Below, piece after piece: positions 26,484-35,892 of a stretch of 64,000 bases of DNA. The stretch spans positions 1 through 64,000 of IMG/VR virus record IMGVR_UViG_2974723664_000001; one strand, written 5' to 3'. The number at the start of each line of letters is the position of its first letter. The stretch's first letter is position 1. The notes under the pieces are model-generated. The model made no database searches. It was not told the DNA's origin and saw nothing but the letters and a program-made list of their open reading frames with translations. The stretch comes from a virus (taxonomy: Duplodnaviria; Caudoviricetes). Made by a program: the position numbers and the translations under genes.

Positions 26484-29144
26484 ATGCGCTATCTCATCTA
26501 CAATCAAGACGGCCATTACCCATTGGTCTTCTTGGTTCCTGCCATCTTCAAGCAGGAGTTGGAACAAGCCTACATCGAACCCTTTGGGATTGATAAAGAG
26601 AAAGTGTTGGTCCTCGACCTGCACAACTCTCCGGGCAAGAAAGCAACTCCTGTGAGGGAGATCAAGGAATACATCGAAGAGGAACTGTATCCGGCCATCC
26701 TGGACGCCAAGGCTGAGTACATTGTGTGTGCCGATTCCGGTTACTACAAGGTGCTTGCCAAGGTAGGAAAGGCGGATGCAAACCTGGGCTATGTCACCGA
26801 CTCCATCATCGATGGGGTCAAGATAATCTACGTTCCGAACTATCGGGCGATCTTCTATGATCCTCCGAAGGTGAAGGCGAAGATAGCTCTTTCGATGAAT
26901 GCTCTTCAGAACCACCGCTCGGGTTGCTATATGGACCCGGGGTCGGACATCATCAAGCACGCAGAGTATCCGCAAAGTGTTGAGGCAATTGCCGCAGCAC
27001 TGGATAAGCTGCTTGCGATGAACTGTCCGTTGACGGTGGACATTGAAGCGTTCGACCTCAAGCACCACAAGTCTGGAATCGGCACGATTGCTTTCGCATG
27101 GAACCAAGGGGAAGGAATAGCCTTCGCCGTGGACTACCAGCCGATTCATGACGCAACAGAAGCGCCGTATGGCAAGCAGGTTCGCAATGAACCAGTGAGA
27201 GCACTGCTCCGGGACTTCTTCGAGAAGTTCATGGAAACTGCGATCTATCACAATGCTGCCTTTGACATGTACATCCTGGTCTACCAGTTGTTCATGACAG
27301 ACCTCATCGACACAGAAGGCATGCTCAATGGCTTCGATGTGATGATGCGTAATTGGGACTGCACCAAGCTCATTACGTATTTGGCAACCAACTCCTGTGC
27401 GGGCAACAAGCTGGGCCTGAAGGACCAAGCACAAGAGTTCGCAGGCAACTATGCGGAGTCCGAGATCAAGGACATTACCCGCATCCCGCTGCCTCAGCTT
27501 CTGCGGTACAACCTCGTGGATACCCTCTCCACTTGGTTCGTCCATACCAAGCACTGGTCAACCATGGTGCATGACCAACAGGAAGATATCTATGAGACGC
27601 TGTTCAAGAAGGCGTCCAAGGACATCATCCAAATGCAGCTTACCGGCATACCATTGCACATGCCTACTGTGCTGAAAGTGGAAAATGCTTTGCAAGGTGT
27701 GTTCGATGATGCGATCACTCGCATTGAACAGACCAAGTGTGTGCAGCAGTATCAGTACACACTGAAAGAGAAGTACATCGAAAAGATGCACGCCAAGTGG
27801 AAGAAGAAGCGCATCACGCTTGCTGAGGTTCCGGAGGAAGAGAAGTTCAATCCTCGATCACCTCTTCAATTGCAAGGGCTGCTGTATGACCAATTGGGCT
27901 TACCCATATTGGCTCTGACAGACACCAAGCAACCAAGCTGCGATGGTGACACCATCAGTAAGCTGCTTCACCACACCAAGGACCCTGATGTTCTGGACCT
28001 GCTGCGAGCACTACAAGACTTCGCAGCGGTGGATAAGATTCTCGGATCGTTCATCCCTGCTTTCAAAGAAGCAGCCCAAGGGCCTGATGGATGGTGGTAT
28101 CTGTTCGGTAACTTCGTGCTGGGAGGCACTGTATCGGGACGGTTGAGTTCCAACTCACCGAACCTGCAAAACCTCCCTGCCAACGTCATGATGAAAGTCA
28201 GTGATGAACTGCTTGAGCGGTTCCCGTTGCTGAAGGACTTTATGAAGAAGGGAATGCTCAGTCTGGGCAAGCTGATCAAGTTCTGTTTCCAGGCACCGCC
28301 TGGATGGATTTTCGCAGGACTGGATTTCGCATCCCTTGAGGATCGCATTTCTGCCCTCACAACCAAAGACCCGATGAAGCTGAAGGTGTACACCGATGGC
28401 TACGACGGTCACTGTCTCCGAGCGTACTCGTACTTCGGAGATCAGATGGAAGGGATTGATCCTGAATCGGTGGAGTCCATCAACTCCATTGAATTGAAGT
28501 ACAAGGATTTGCGGCAGGAAAGTAAGGCTCCCACTTTTGCCTTGACCTATCTAGGCACCTACATCACCTTGATGAAGAACTGCGGCTTCTCGGAAGAGAA
28601 GGCAAAGATGGTGGAAGCAAAACACCACGAGATGTACCGGGTGAGCATTGAATGGGTGCAAGCCAAGCTGAACCAAGCTGCCAAGGATGGATACGTCACC
28701 ACAGCTTTCGGGCTGCGTGTGAGAACACCCCTCTTGGCTCAGGTCATTCGTGGGAACAGCAAGACGCCTTATGAGGCAGAAGCTGAAGGGCGAACTGCTG
28801 GCAATGCTCTCGGGCAGGGCTGGTGTTTGCTTAATAGCCGTGCATGGGTTGAGTTCATGGAAAAGGTACGTGATAGCGATCAACGCTTGAACATCCGTCC
28901 GTGTGCGCAGATTCATGATGCGGGCTATGCACTCATTCGTGATGACATGGACACTGTCCTGTACATGAATGAGCATCTGGTCAATGCAGTGAACTGGAAC
29001 GACCACCCCGACATCTACCATCCAGATGTTGGTTTGGGCGGTAATCTCTCTCTGTTTTACCCCACTTGGGCAACCGAGATCGAAATAGAGAACGGCGCTA
29101 CCGCTGAAGAAATAACCTCAACTATCCAAGAGGCATTCGCATGA
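26484..29144 (+). CDS. family A DNA polymerase with 3'-5' exonuclease
   Basis: DIE exo motif; GRLSSNSPNLQN; DFASLE; RQESKAPTFALTY; QIHD. Confidence 0.95.
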   Translation: MRYLIYNQDGHYPLVFLVPAIFKQELEQAYIEPFGIDKEKVLVLDLHNSPGKKATPVREIKEYIEEELYPAILDAKAEYIVCADSGYYKVLAKVGKADANLGYVTDSIIDGVKIIYVPNYRAIFYDPPKVKAKIALSMNALQNHRSGCYMDPGSDIIKHAEYPQSVEAIAAALDKLLAMNCPLTVDIEAFDLKHHKSGIGTIAFAWNQGEGIAFAVDYQPIHDATEAPYGKQVRNEPVRALLRDFFEKFMETAIYHNAAFDMYILVYQLFMTDLIDTEGMLNGFDVMMRNWDCTKLITYLATNSCAGNKLGLKDQAQEFAGNYAESEIKDITRIPLPQLLRYNLVDTLSTWFVHTKHWSTMVHDQQEDIYETLFKKASKDIIQMQLTGIPLHMPTVLKVENALQGVFDDAITRIEQTKCVQQYQYTLKEKYIEKMHAKWKKKRITLAEVPEEEKFNPRSPLQLQGLLYDQLGLPILALTDTKQPSCDGDTISKLLHHTKDPDVLDLLRALQDFAAVDKILGSFIPAFKEAAQGPDGWWYLFGNFVLGGTVSGRLSSNSPNLQNLPANVMMKVSDELLERFPLLKDFMKKGMLSLGKLIKFCFQAPPGWIFAGLDFASLEDRISALTTKDPMKLKVYTDGYDGHCLRAYSYFGDQMEGIDPESVESINSIELKYKDLRQESKAPTFALTYLGTYITLMKNCGFSEEKAKMVEAKHHEMYRVSIEWVQAKLNQAAKDGYVTTAFGLRVRTPLLAQVIRGNSKTPYEAEAEGRTAGNALGQGWCLLNSRAWVEFMEKVRDSDQRLNIRPCAQIHDAGYALIRDDMDTVLYMNEHLVNAVNWNDHPDIYHPDVGLGGNLSLFYPTWATEIEIENGATAEEITSTIQEAFA

Positions 29145-29545
29145 AAGAACAAACCAATACCCCCGTCAAAAAGCACCACTGGCTGTTCGCTGCTCAGATG
29201 GTCTTCGTCAAGGTTGACGAAAGCGGTCAACCGACCGGTGACGGTGCGGCCCTGCTGCTGAACGGTATGCTCCTGACGGACGAGAAGCAGATCAAGCATC
29301 GTGATCTGGCCCGTGCTCAGATGCAAGCCGTCGCCAACCTGAACGAGCGCTTCAAGGGCGAACGCATCCAGATCGTGGACTGCGTGTTCACGTCGGGCTT
29401 CAGCCACTTGGGTTACATGACCCAGGAAGAATACGCTGTGGCTCCGGAAGGCCAGGTCCTGGTCAAAACGGAAGTCGATGTCGCTCCGAAGAAGTCGCAC
29501 CTGTCGGTCGTGCCGAAGGAAGGCGACCCGGTATCGGGGGACTGA
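29141..29545 (+). CDS. hypothetical protein
   Basis: ATGA overlap; GAGG RBS. Confidence 0.7.
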   Translation: MKEQTNTPVKKHHWLFAAQMVFVKVDESGQPTGDGAALLLNGMLLTDEKQIKHRDLARAQMQAVANLNERFKGERIQIVDCVFTSGFSHLGYMTQEEYAVAPEGQVLVKTEVDVAPKKSHLSVVPKEGDPVSGD

Positions 29546-29547
29546 TC

Positions 29548-29823
29548 ATGTCTGCGGAGAACTCCGGAGGTCTGGTAAATTATTACCTGATCGAAGTGAA
29601 GCATCCGCAGCGTGAAGAGCAGCCGCCATATCAAGCGGAGTGCGAAGATATCATCGAAGCTCTGGAACTCAACTTCGATGAAGCCAACATCTTCAAGGAA
29701 ATCTGGCGTACCGCTCGTGCTCGCCAGGGAACCAAGAAGGAAGGCAACACAGTACTTCGTGCTGCTCAGAAGATTGCGCATTACGCCAGTCGAATTCTGA
29801 AGCGTGCTCAACGCAACGCCTAA
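29548..29823 (+). CDS. DUF3310-like protein
   Basis: GG..YY, ECEDII, FDEANIFK..WR pattern. Confidence 0.6.
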   Translation: MSAENSGGLVNYYLIEVKHPQREEQPPYQAECEDIIEALELNFDEANIFKEIWRTARARQGTKKEGNTVLRAAQKIAHYASRILKRAQRNA

Positions 29824-29829
29824 TCCATG

Positions 29830-29851
29830 ACCCCTCTTCGGAGGGGTTTTT
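29830..29851 (+). terminator. rho-independent terminator
   Basis: CCCCTC-TTCG-GAGGGG-T5. Confidence 0.85.
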
Positions 29852-29868
29852 CAACCTATGGAGGAACC

Positions 29869-30861
29869 ATGCGTATCACCAATACTGCACAGGTATCCTT
29901 GCCCGTAGCAGTCTGGCTTGTCCATGACGAATACGACTACAGCAAAGAGAACAACTACATCAGTGCCACTGGCCTGTTGAAGCCCACTCGCCAAATCGTA
30001 CTCGCCAGCCGTGTCGATCCCGAAACTCAGGTGATCGACGTGATGGACATGCTGAAGACTTCCTTGGGTCATGCAATCCATGACTCCATCGAAAAGGCAT
30101 GGACCCGTGGTGCTGAACGCAGCCTGCGCTTGCTGGGGTATCCCCAGTCGGTGCGTGACCGTATCCGCATCAACCCCACCGATGATGTGCTGGCCAAGCA
30201 CCCGGACTGTATACCCGTCTACATGGAGCAACGTGTCAAGAAGACGATCAACGTCAACGGCACGGACTATGTGGTCGGAGGAAAGTACGACATTGTGACC
30301 GAAGGTCTGTTGCAAGACTATAAGTCCACGTCGGCTTTTGTTTGGGTCAAAGGGTCCCGTGACGATGAACATCGTCTGCAAGGCAGCATCTATCGCTGGC
30401 TGAACCCCGAGAAGATCAAGGAAGACTACATCCGGATCAACTACATCTTCACCGACTGGAAACGTGGTGATGCTCGTCGTGATCCGAAGTATCCGCAACA
30501 CCCGATCATGCACAAGGACATCCAACTGTTGTCCCCTGCTGAGACGGAAAAGTGGGTGCGTGGTCGTATCGCCGAGATCATCAAATACCAGGATGCACCC
30601 GAGAACCAAGTTCCGGAATGCACCGATGAAGAGCTTTGGCGCTCCGATACCGTCTACAAGTATTTCTCCGATCCGGAGAAAGCGAAACAGCCGGGAGCCA
30701 GGAGCACGAAGAACTTCGAGCATCTCCATGAAGCCCGGATGTTCCAGTCCGAAAAAGGCGGCAAAGGTGTCATCGTCCCCGTAGAGGGCGTACCCAAACG
30801 GTGCGACTACTGCGGCGTCTATGACGTGTGTAAACAAAAAGACAGGTACTTTTCGACATGA
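29869..30861 (+). CDS. PD-(D/E)XK exonuclease (N4 gp42-like)
   Basis: GKYD...DYKST, QGSIY; C-terminal CDYC...C. Confidence 0.8.
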   Translation: MRITNTAQVSLPVAVWLVHDEYDYSKENNYISATGLLKPTRQIVLASRVDPETQVIDVMDMLKTSLGHAIHDSIEKAWTRGAERSLRLLGYPQSVRDRIRINPTDDVLAKHPDCIPVYMEQRVKKTINVNGTDYVVGGKYDIVTEGLLQDYKSTSAFVWVKGSRDDEHRLQGSIYRWLNPEKIKEDYIRINYIFTDWKRGDARRDPKYPQHPIMHKDIQLLSPAETEKWVRGRIAEIIKYQDAPENQVPECTDEELWRSDTVYKYFSDPEKAKQPGARSTKNFEHLHEARMFQSEKGGKGVIVPVEGVPKRCDYCGVYDVCKQKDRYFST

Positions 30862-33005
30862 TCGACCTCACCGGGGTTCAGCACCACCCCGCAATCGAAG
30901 AGATTGTGAACGTGCTCTGCAATAAAACGCAGAACACCGACCGGGGTTTCTTCCGCGTGGAAGCAGCCTACTTTCTGGCCAAGATGGCGAGTTCCATGGG
31001 AGCTACCATCGTCACGGCAGATCGTGGGGATATCCCGGTGAACATCTACGCACTGGCTCTGGCCACCTCTGGGTATGGCAAGGGCCACAGTGTCAACATC
31101 GTGGAGAACGATTTCCTGAAGGGCTTCAAGAAGCGCTTCATGGAAGACACGATGCCTGTCATCGCAGATGCCAACCTCTGGAAGATCGCCAACGAGCGAG
31201 CGGCCAAGAACGGCACGGACCAGCAGGAAGAGTACGACAAGGTGTCGGCAGAGTATCGCCGTGCGGGTGCATTCCCGTTCACCTTCGACAGTGGCACTGC
31301 TCCGGCAGTGAAGCAGTTGCGTCAGAAACTCTTGCTGGCAACCTGCGGCTCCATCAACCTTCAGATTGACGAGATTGGTTCCAACCTGATCGAGACGACT
31401 GAAGTGCTGACCCTGTTCCTGGAGTTGTATGACCAGGGGCTGGTCAAGCAGAAGCTGACCAAGAACACCGCCGAGAACACCCGAGGCGAGGAACTGGACG
31501 GCAAGACCCCCACCAACATGCTGCTCTTCGGCACCCCGTCGAAGCTGCTGGACGGTGGCCAGACCGAGGATGCTTTCTACAGCTTCCTGGACACTGGCTA
31601 TGCTCGTCGTTGTCTGTTTGGCATCGGCCAGCCTGTCCGCATGGCTCACAACTCGCAAACGCCGGAAGAAATCTACGACCGGCTGACCCAACCGGGGAAC
31701 CAAGCGGCTGTGAGCAAGTGGGCCAATCACTTTCACTCACTCGCTGATGCTGGCAAGTTCGGCTGGCGGATGGTTGTGGAACGTGATGTGGGTATCGAAC
31801 TGATCGCCTACAAAGCACACTGCGAGAAACAGGCTGAAGAGATGGCCGAACACGAAGAGATTCGCAAGGCCGAGATCAGCCACCGCTATTTCAAGGCACT
31901 GAAGCTGGCCGGAGCATTGGCCTTCGTAGATGAGTCTGTGCTGGTGGACATGGATCACTTGAAGCAAGCAATCCTGTTGGTCGAAGAGTCTGGTGCAGCT
32001 TTCCAGACGATCCTGACTCGTGAGAAAGCCTACGTCAAGCTGGCCAAGTACATCGCCAGTGTGGGGACGGAAGTCACCCATGCGGACCTCGTTGAAGCGC
32101 TGCCGTTCTACAAGAGTGGCAATGCGTTCCGCAACGAGATCATGACCCTGGCAACCGCCTGGGGCTACAAGCAGCACATCATCATCAAGAAGACCTTCGC
32201 TGATGGTATTGAGTTCTTCCGTGGGGAGACCCTGAAGGAGACCAATACCGAAGAGATGCTGGTGTCCTACTCGGACAACTTTGCCTACGACTATGTGACG
32301 GAGCGTGCTCCCTTCGAGCAGTTGCACCAGATGACCCAAGCCAAGGGAATGCACTGGGCCAACCATGCATTCAAGCGCGGGCATCGTGCGGAAGAGAACG
32401 TGATCCCCGGCTTCAACATGATCGTGATCGACGTTGATGGTGGCGTGTCGCTGACAGCAGTTCATGAGCTGATGAAGGACTACAAGTTCATGACCTACAC
32501 CACCAAGCGTCATACAGATGAAGAGAACCGATTCCGTCTGATGCTGCCCATGAACTACGAGCTTCAGCTTGATGCTGATGAGTACAAGGAGTTCATGAAC
32601 AACGTCATGCAGTGGCTGCCGTTCACCACGGATGAGTCTGCCAACCAGCGATCCAAGAAGTGGGAATGCCATGATGGCGACTACTTCGTTAACCCGGATG
32701 GCGTGCTTCTGGATGTGCGGGATTTCATTCCGCGAACCACGAAGAACGAACAGTTCCAGGCCAGCATGCAAGCTGTGCAGAACCTGGACAATCTGGAACG
32801 TTGGTTTGCCCAACGCATGGCCCAAGGCAACCGGAACAACAACATGCTCCGTTTCGCCATGGCTCTGGTGGACAGCGGTATGGACTTCAATGAAGTCTCT
32901 CAGCAAGTCCACTCGTTCAACAAGAAACTGTCTGCTCCCTTGGACAGTGAAGAGTTGAACACGACCGTCCTCGTCTCTGTTGCGAAGAAGTACACGCGAC
33001 AGTGA
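30858..33005 (+). CDS. DNA primase-like protein (N4 gp43-like)
   Basis: SGYGKG P-loop; IDVD and YTTKRH motifs; PriCT-like GNRNN. Confidence 0.85.
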   Translation: MIDLTGVQHHPAIEEIVNVLCNKTQNTDRGFFRVEAAYFLAKMASSMGATIVTADRGDIPVNIYALALATSGYGKGHSVNIVENDFLKGFKKRFMEDTMPVIADANLWKIANERAAKNGTDQQEEYDKVSAEYRRAGAFPFTFDSGTAPAVKQLRQKLLLATCGSINLQIDEIGSNLIETTEVLTLFLELYDQGLVKQKLTKNTAENTRGEELDGKTPTNMLLFGTPSKLLDGGQTEDAFYSFLDTGYARRCLFGIGQPVRMAHNSQTPEEIYDRLTQPGNQAAVSKWANHFHSLADAGKFGWRMVVERDVGIELIAYKAHCEKQAEEMAEHEEIRKAEISHRYFKALKLAGALAFVDESVLVDMDHLKQAILLVEESGAAFQTILTREKAYVKLAKYIASVGTEVTHADLVEALPFYKSGNAFRNEIMTLATAWGYKQHIIIKKTFADGIEFFRGETLKETNTEEMLVSYSDNFAYDYVTERAPFEQLHQMTQAKGMHWANHAFKRGHRAEENVIPGFNMIVIDVDGGVSLTAVHELMKDYKFMTYTTKRHTDEENRFRLMLPMNYELQLDADEYKEFMNNVMQWLPFTTDESANQRSKKWECHDGDYFVNPDGVLLDVRDFIPRTTKNEQFQASMQAVQNLDNLERWFAQRMAQGNRNNNMLRFAMALVDSGMDFNEVSQQVHSFNKKLSAPLDSEELNTTVLVSVAKKYTRQ

Positions 33006-33068
33006 TGGGCCTGGCAGTTCTTTTGCTTGGTCTTTAGGACTGTCGAAATCCCTTTGGGAGAGCATTCA

Positions 33069-33836
33069 ATGAGTGATCAGAACGAACTCATCCCGGAAAA
33101 CACCAATGACCAACTGCTGTTGGTTGTCGGGTATTCCTCGACGGGTAAGAGCGCATCCTTGCGCAACATCCGTGATCAGGAACAATGGCTGTACCTGAAC
33201 ACGGAGAGCGGCAAGCGTTTGCCGTTCAAGAACAAGTTCAGCAGCCACGTCATCACCGATCCGTATCAGGTGATCGACGCATTCAAGGCGTCTTACGAAA
33301 GTCCGGAAGAAACCATCGGCTTCAAGCCGAAGGGCATCATCGTGGATTCGCTGACGTTCTTGATGGACATGTATGAATCCCGCTATGTCATCAACGCCGC
33401 CAACACCATGATGGCCTGGGGTGCCTACCAGCAGTTCTTTAAGGAACTGATGCAGTTGCACGTCCCGCTGTGTGGCATCCCGGTGATCTTCACCGCCCAC
33501 GTCAAGGACGAACTCGATGAGAAAGCCATGGAGTTGAAAACCTCCGTGCCGATCAAGGGTTCGCTGAAGAACAACGGCATCGAAGCCTACTTTTCCACCA
33601 TCGTTGCGTGCAAGCGCATTCTCCTGAAGGAAATGGAGAAGATGACCAACGGCATGTTGGAAATCACGGAGGACGAGAAGGAGCTTGGCTTCAAGCATGT
33701 CTTCCAGACTCGCCTTACGGCGAAGACCACCGGTGAGCGCATCCGTGCTCCGATGGGCATGTTCTCCCGCCAGGAGACCTACATCGACAACGACTGTCAA
33801 AAGTTGTTGGACCACCTCACCTCGTTCTATGCGTAA
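33069..33836 (+). CDS. AAA/Sak4-like ATPase (N4 gp44-like)
   Basis: GYSSTGKS; IIVDSLT. Confidence 0.82.
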   Translation: MSDQNELIPENTNDQLLLVVGYSSTGKSASLRNIRDQEQWLYLNTESGKRLPFKNKFSSHVITDPYQVIDAFKASYESPEETIGFKPKGIIVDSLTFLMDMYESRYVINAANTMMAWGAYQQFFKELMQLHVPLCGIPVIFTAHVKDELDEKAMELKTSVPIKGSLKNNGIEAYFSTIVACKRILLKEMEKMTNGMLEITEDEKELGFKHVFQTRLTAKTTGERIRAPMGMFSRQETYIDNDCQKLLDHLTSFYA

Positions 33837-33878
33837 GCATAGGGCATTGCAGCAAATCCATTCAGCAAGGAAAGTATC

Positions 33879-34646
33879 ATGAGCAATTTGTTCGGCAACC
33901 TGAAAGAAAAGACCCAGAACATGGAAGCAGCCCAGGACCGCATCGGCGGTGGCGGCTTCATCCTGGATACCGACATCTACGAGATGACCGTCAAGGTCGC
34001 CTATGTGGGCAAGGCCAAGTCCGGTGCGGACTTCATGTCGGTCATCCTGACCCGCGAAGGCAGCGACACGGAATACCGTGAAGACCTGTACTTCACCTCG
34101 GGCAACGACAAGGGCAACACCCCGTACTACGTCAAGGGCGACAAGCAACTGCCCTTGCCCGGCTACACGGTCGTCAGCGACCTGTGCTTGGTCCTCGGCG
34201 GCGCCCCGCTGGAAGAGACCGAGTTCGAGGAAAAGACGGTCAACGTCTACGACTTCGACCAGAAGAAGGAACTGCCCAAGTCGGTCATGGTTCCCACGGC
34301 TCTGATCGGTGGCAAGTGCCTCGTGGCCATCCAGAAGGCGCTGGAAACCAAGCAGGCCAAGAACGCCCAGGGCGTCTATGTCGATACCGACGAGACCCGC
34401 GAAACCAACAGCATCGAGAAGATCATGGATCTGGGTTCTCGCCTGACGGTCGTGGAAGCCATGGCCCAGGCCACCGAGCCGGTCTACCACGATGCGTGGC
34501 TGGAAAAGAACAAGGGCAAGGTCTACGACAAGACCAAGAAGAAGGGCGACGGCAAGCCCGCCCCCGGTGGCGCTGCCGGTGCTCCCCCGAAGGCTGCCGG
34601 TGCGGCTGCTCCGGCTGCTCGTCCGTCGCTGTTCGGCAAGAAGTAA
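33879..34646 (+). CDS. N4-type single-stranded DNA-binding protein (gp45-like)
   Basis: synteny; LPLPGY; Ala/Pro tail ending SLFGKK. Confidence 0.85.
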   Translation: MSNLFGNLKEKTQNMEAAQDRIGGGGFILDTDIYEMTVKVAYVGKAKSGADFMSVILTREGSDTEYREDLYFTSGNDKGNTPYYVKGDKQLPLPGYTVVSDLCLVLGGAPLEETEFEEKTVNVYDFDQKKELPKSVMVPTALIGGKCLVAIQKALETKQAKNAQGVYVDTDETRETNSIEKIMDLGSRLTVVEAMAQATEPVYHDAWLEKNKGKVYDKTKKKGDGKPAPGGAAGAPPKAAGAAAPAARPSLFGKK

Positions 34647-34649
34647 GCC

Positions 34650-35210
34650 ATGCGAATCCCGGTACTGGGTTGCGACCCCAGCATGCGTAATTGGGGTCTT
34701 GCGTTCAGTTACCTGGACCTGGAGGATGGGGTGCTCGACACCCCTACTCTCTCGCTGGTAAGAACGGCGGAGGAACCAAAGGGGAAACAAGTCCGGATGA
34801 ACAGCTACGACATCGAAGCTGCCGAGACGCTTTACAGTGAAGTGCTTCCCTTGGCTCAAAAGGCCAAGGTGATCTTCATTGAAGTTCCCGTTGGTTCCCA
34901 AAGTGCTGCGGCGATGAAAGGATACGGAATGTGCATCGGAATTCTCGGTGCCATCCGGGCCACTGGCATTCCCTTCATCGAAGTCTCCGAAGCGGAGTCG
35001 AAGAAGATCATGACCGGAAAGCGTACCGCTACGAAGGAAGAGATGATCACCGCAGGCATGGCATGGTATCCCCAGGCCAACTGGCCGATGCACGCCGGAA
35101 AGATCAGCGCCGGGAAGGCTGAACACATGGCAGATGCAATCGCTGCCATCCACGCTGGTGTGCAAACCCAGCAATTTCTGAACCTCATGAGACTGTTGAA
35201 AGCAGTCTGA
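34650..35210 (+). CDS. RuvC-like Holliday junction resolvase
   Basis: LGCDPSMRNWG; FIEVP; EHMADAI. Confidence 0.8.
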   Translation: MRIPVLGCDPSMRNWGLAFSYLDLEDGVLDTPTLSLVRTAEEPKGKQVRMNSYDIEAAETLYSEVLPLAQKAKVIFIEVPVGSQSAAAMKGYGMCIGILGAIRATGIPFIEVSEAESKKIMTGKRTATKEEMITAGMAWYPQANWPMHAGKISAGKAEHMADAIAAIHAGVQTQQFLNLMRLLKAV

Positions 35211-35220
35211 AGGAACCAAG

Positions 35221-35664
35221 ATGCAGATCACTCTGGTCCAGAGCGAAATCGAACAAGCTCTGAAGAACTACATCAATGAACAGGTCAATGTGAAGGAAGG
35301 CATGGAAATCACCATCGCCTTCAAGGCGACCCGTGGCGAAGAAGGCAACACCGCCGTCATCGACATCGTGCCGTCCACGGTCAAGCCTGTCGCCCCGGCC
35401 ACGCCTACCAAGCGTGCGGCTCCGGCCAAGGTCGAACCCAAGGTGGAACAGCCGAAGGAAGAACCGAAGCCCGCCGATCCCCCGTTCGAGCCGGACCCCA
35501 AGCCGGAAACGGGAAACCAGGAAGCAGCTTCCGTGCAAGAATCCTCGGCATCGACCGCTGGTGCGGCTGCGGAACCGCAGAATGCCGAAACTGCTTCGGC
35601 TGAAGCTGCCCCCCGTCGCCCGAGCCTGTTCGGCAACCTGGGCCAAGCCAAGTCCGCCCAGTAA
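35221..35664 (+). CDS. conserved N4-like hypothetical protein
   Basis: folded N-terminus plus disordered Pro/Glu/Ala tail. Confidence 0.75.
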   Translation: MQITLVQSEIEQALKNYINEQVNVKEGMEITIAFKATRGEEGNTAVIDIVPSTVKPVAPATPTKRAAPAKVEPKVEQPKEEPKPADPPFEPDPKPETGNQEAASVQESSASTAGAAAEPQNAETASAEAAPRRPSLFGNLGQAKSAQ

Positions 35665-35680
35665 GCCCTGGGGCTGACTC

Positions 35681-35860
35681 ATGACGGGCAATGTGCTTGC
35701 AATTGTGGTGATTTGCATCCTGGCGTTCTTACTCCTTTCCGCCTGGGTGCATGCGTCGGCACCATACATTGCACTGGCCATCATTGCCTTCGTCCTCTGG
35801 AAGCTCAGGGGGCTGCTTTTCCCTGGCACCAAGGGACGAAGCCCCGACAGCAGTGAATGA
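35681..35860 (+). CDS. 59-aa membrane protein (not in ORF track)
   Basis: MTGNVLAIVVICILAFLLLSAW...; two hydrophobic segments; fills the gap before the terminator. Confidence 0.55.
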   Translation: MTGNVLAIVVICILAFLLLSAWVHASAPYIALAIIAFVLWKLRGLLFPGTKGRSPDSSE

Positions 35861-35892
35861 AGAAAGCCCCTCAACTGAGGGGCTTTCTTTTA
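35861..35892. terminator. bidirectional terminator between convergent arms
   Basis: AGAAAGCCCCTCA/TGAGGGGCTTTCT. Confidence 0.85.

Noticed and set aside
8000-29851. Repeated CCCCTCTTCGGAGGGG at 8001 and 29831
   Set aside because: Ordinary UUCG-loop terminators
29869-30861. Cas4-like nuclease suggesting CRISPR
   Set aside because: Core N4-like exonuclease; no repeat-spacer array seen in the window
33066-35231. 721-aa - strand ORF and similar long reverse ORFs over replication genes
   Set aside because: Mirror frames of well-supported + strand genes
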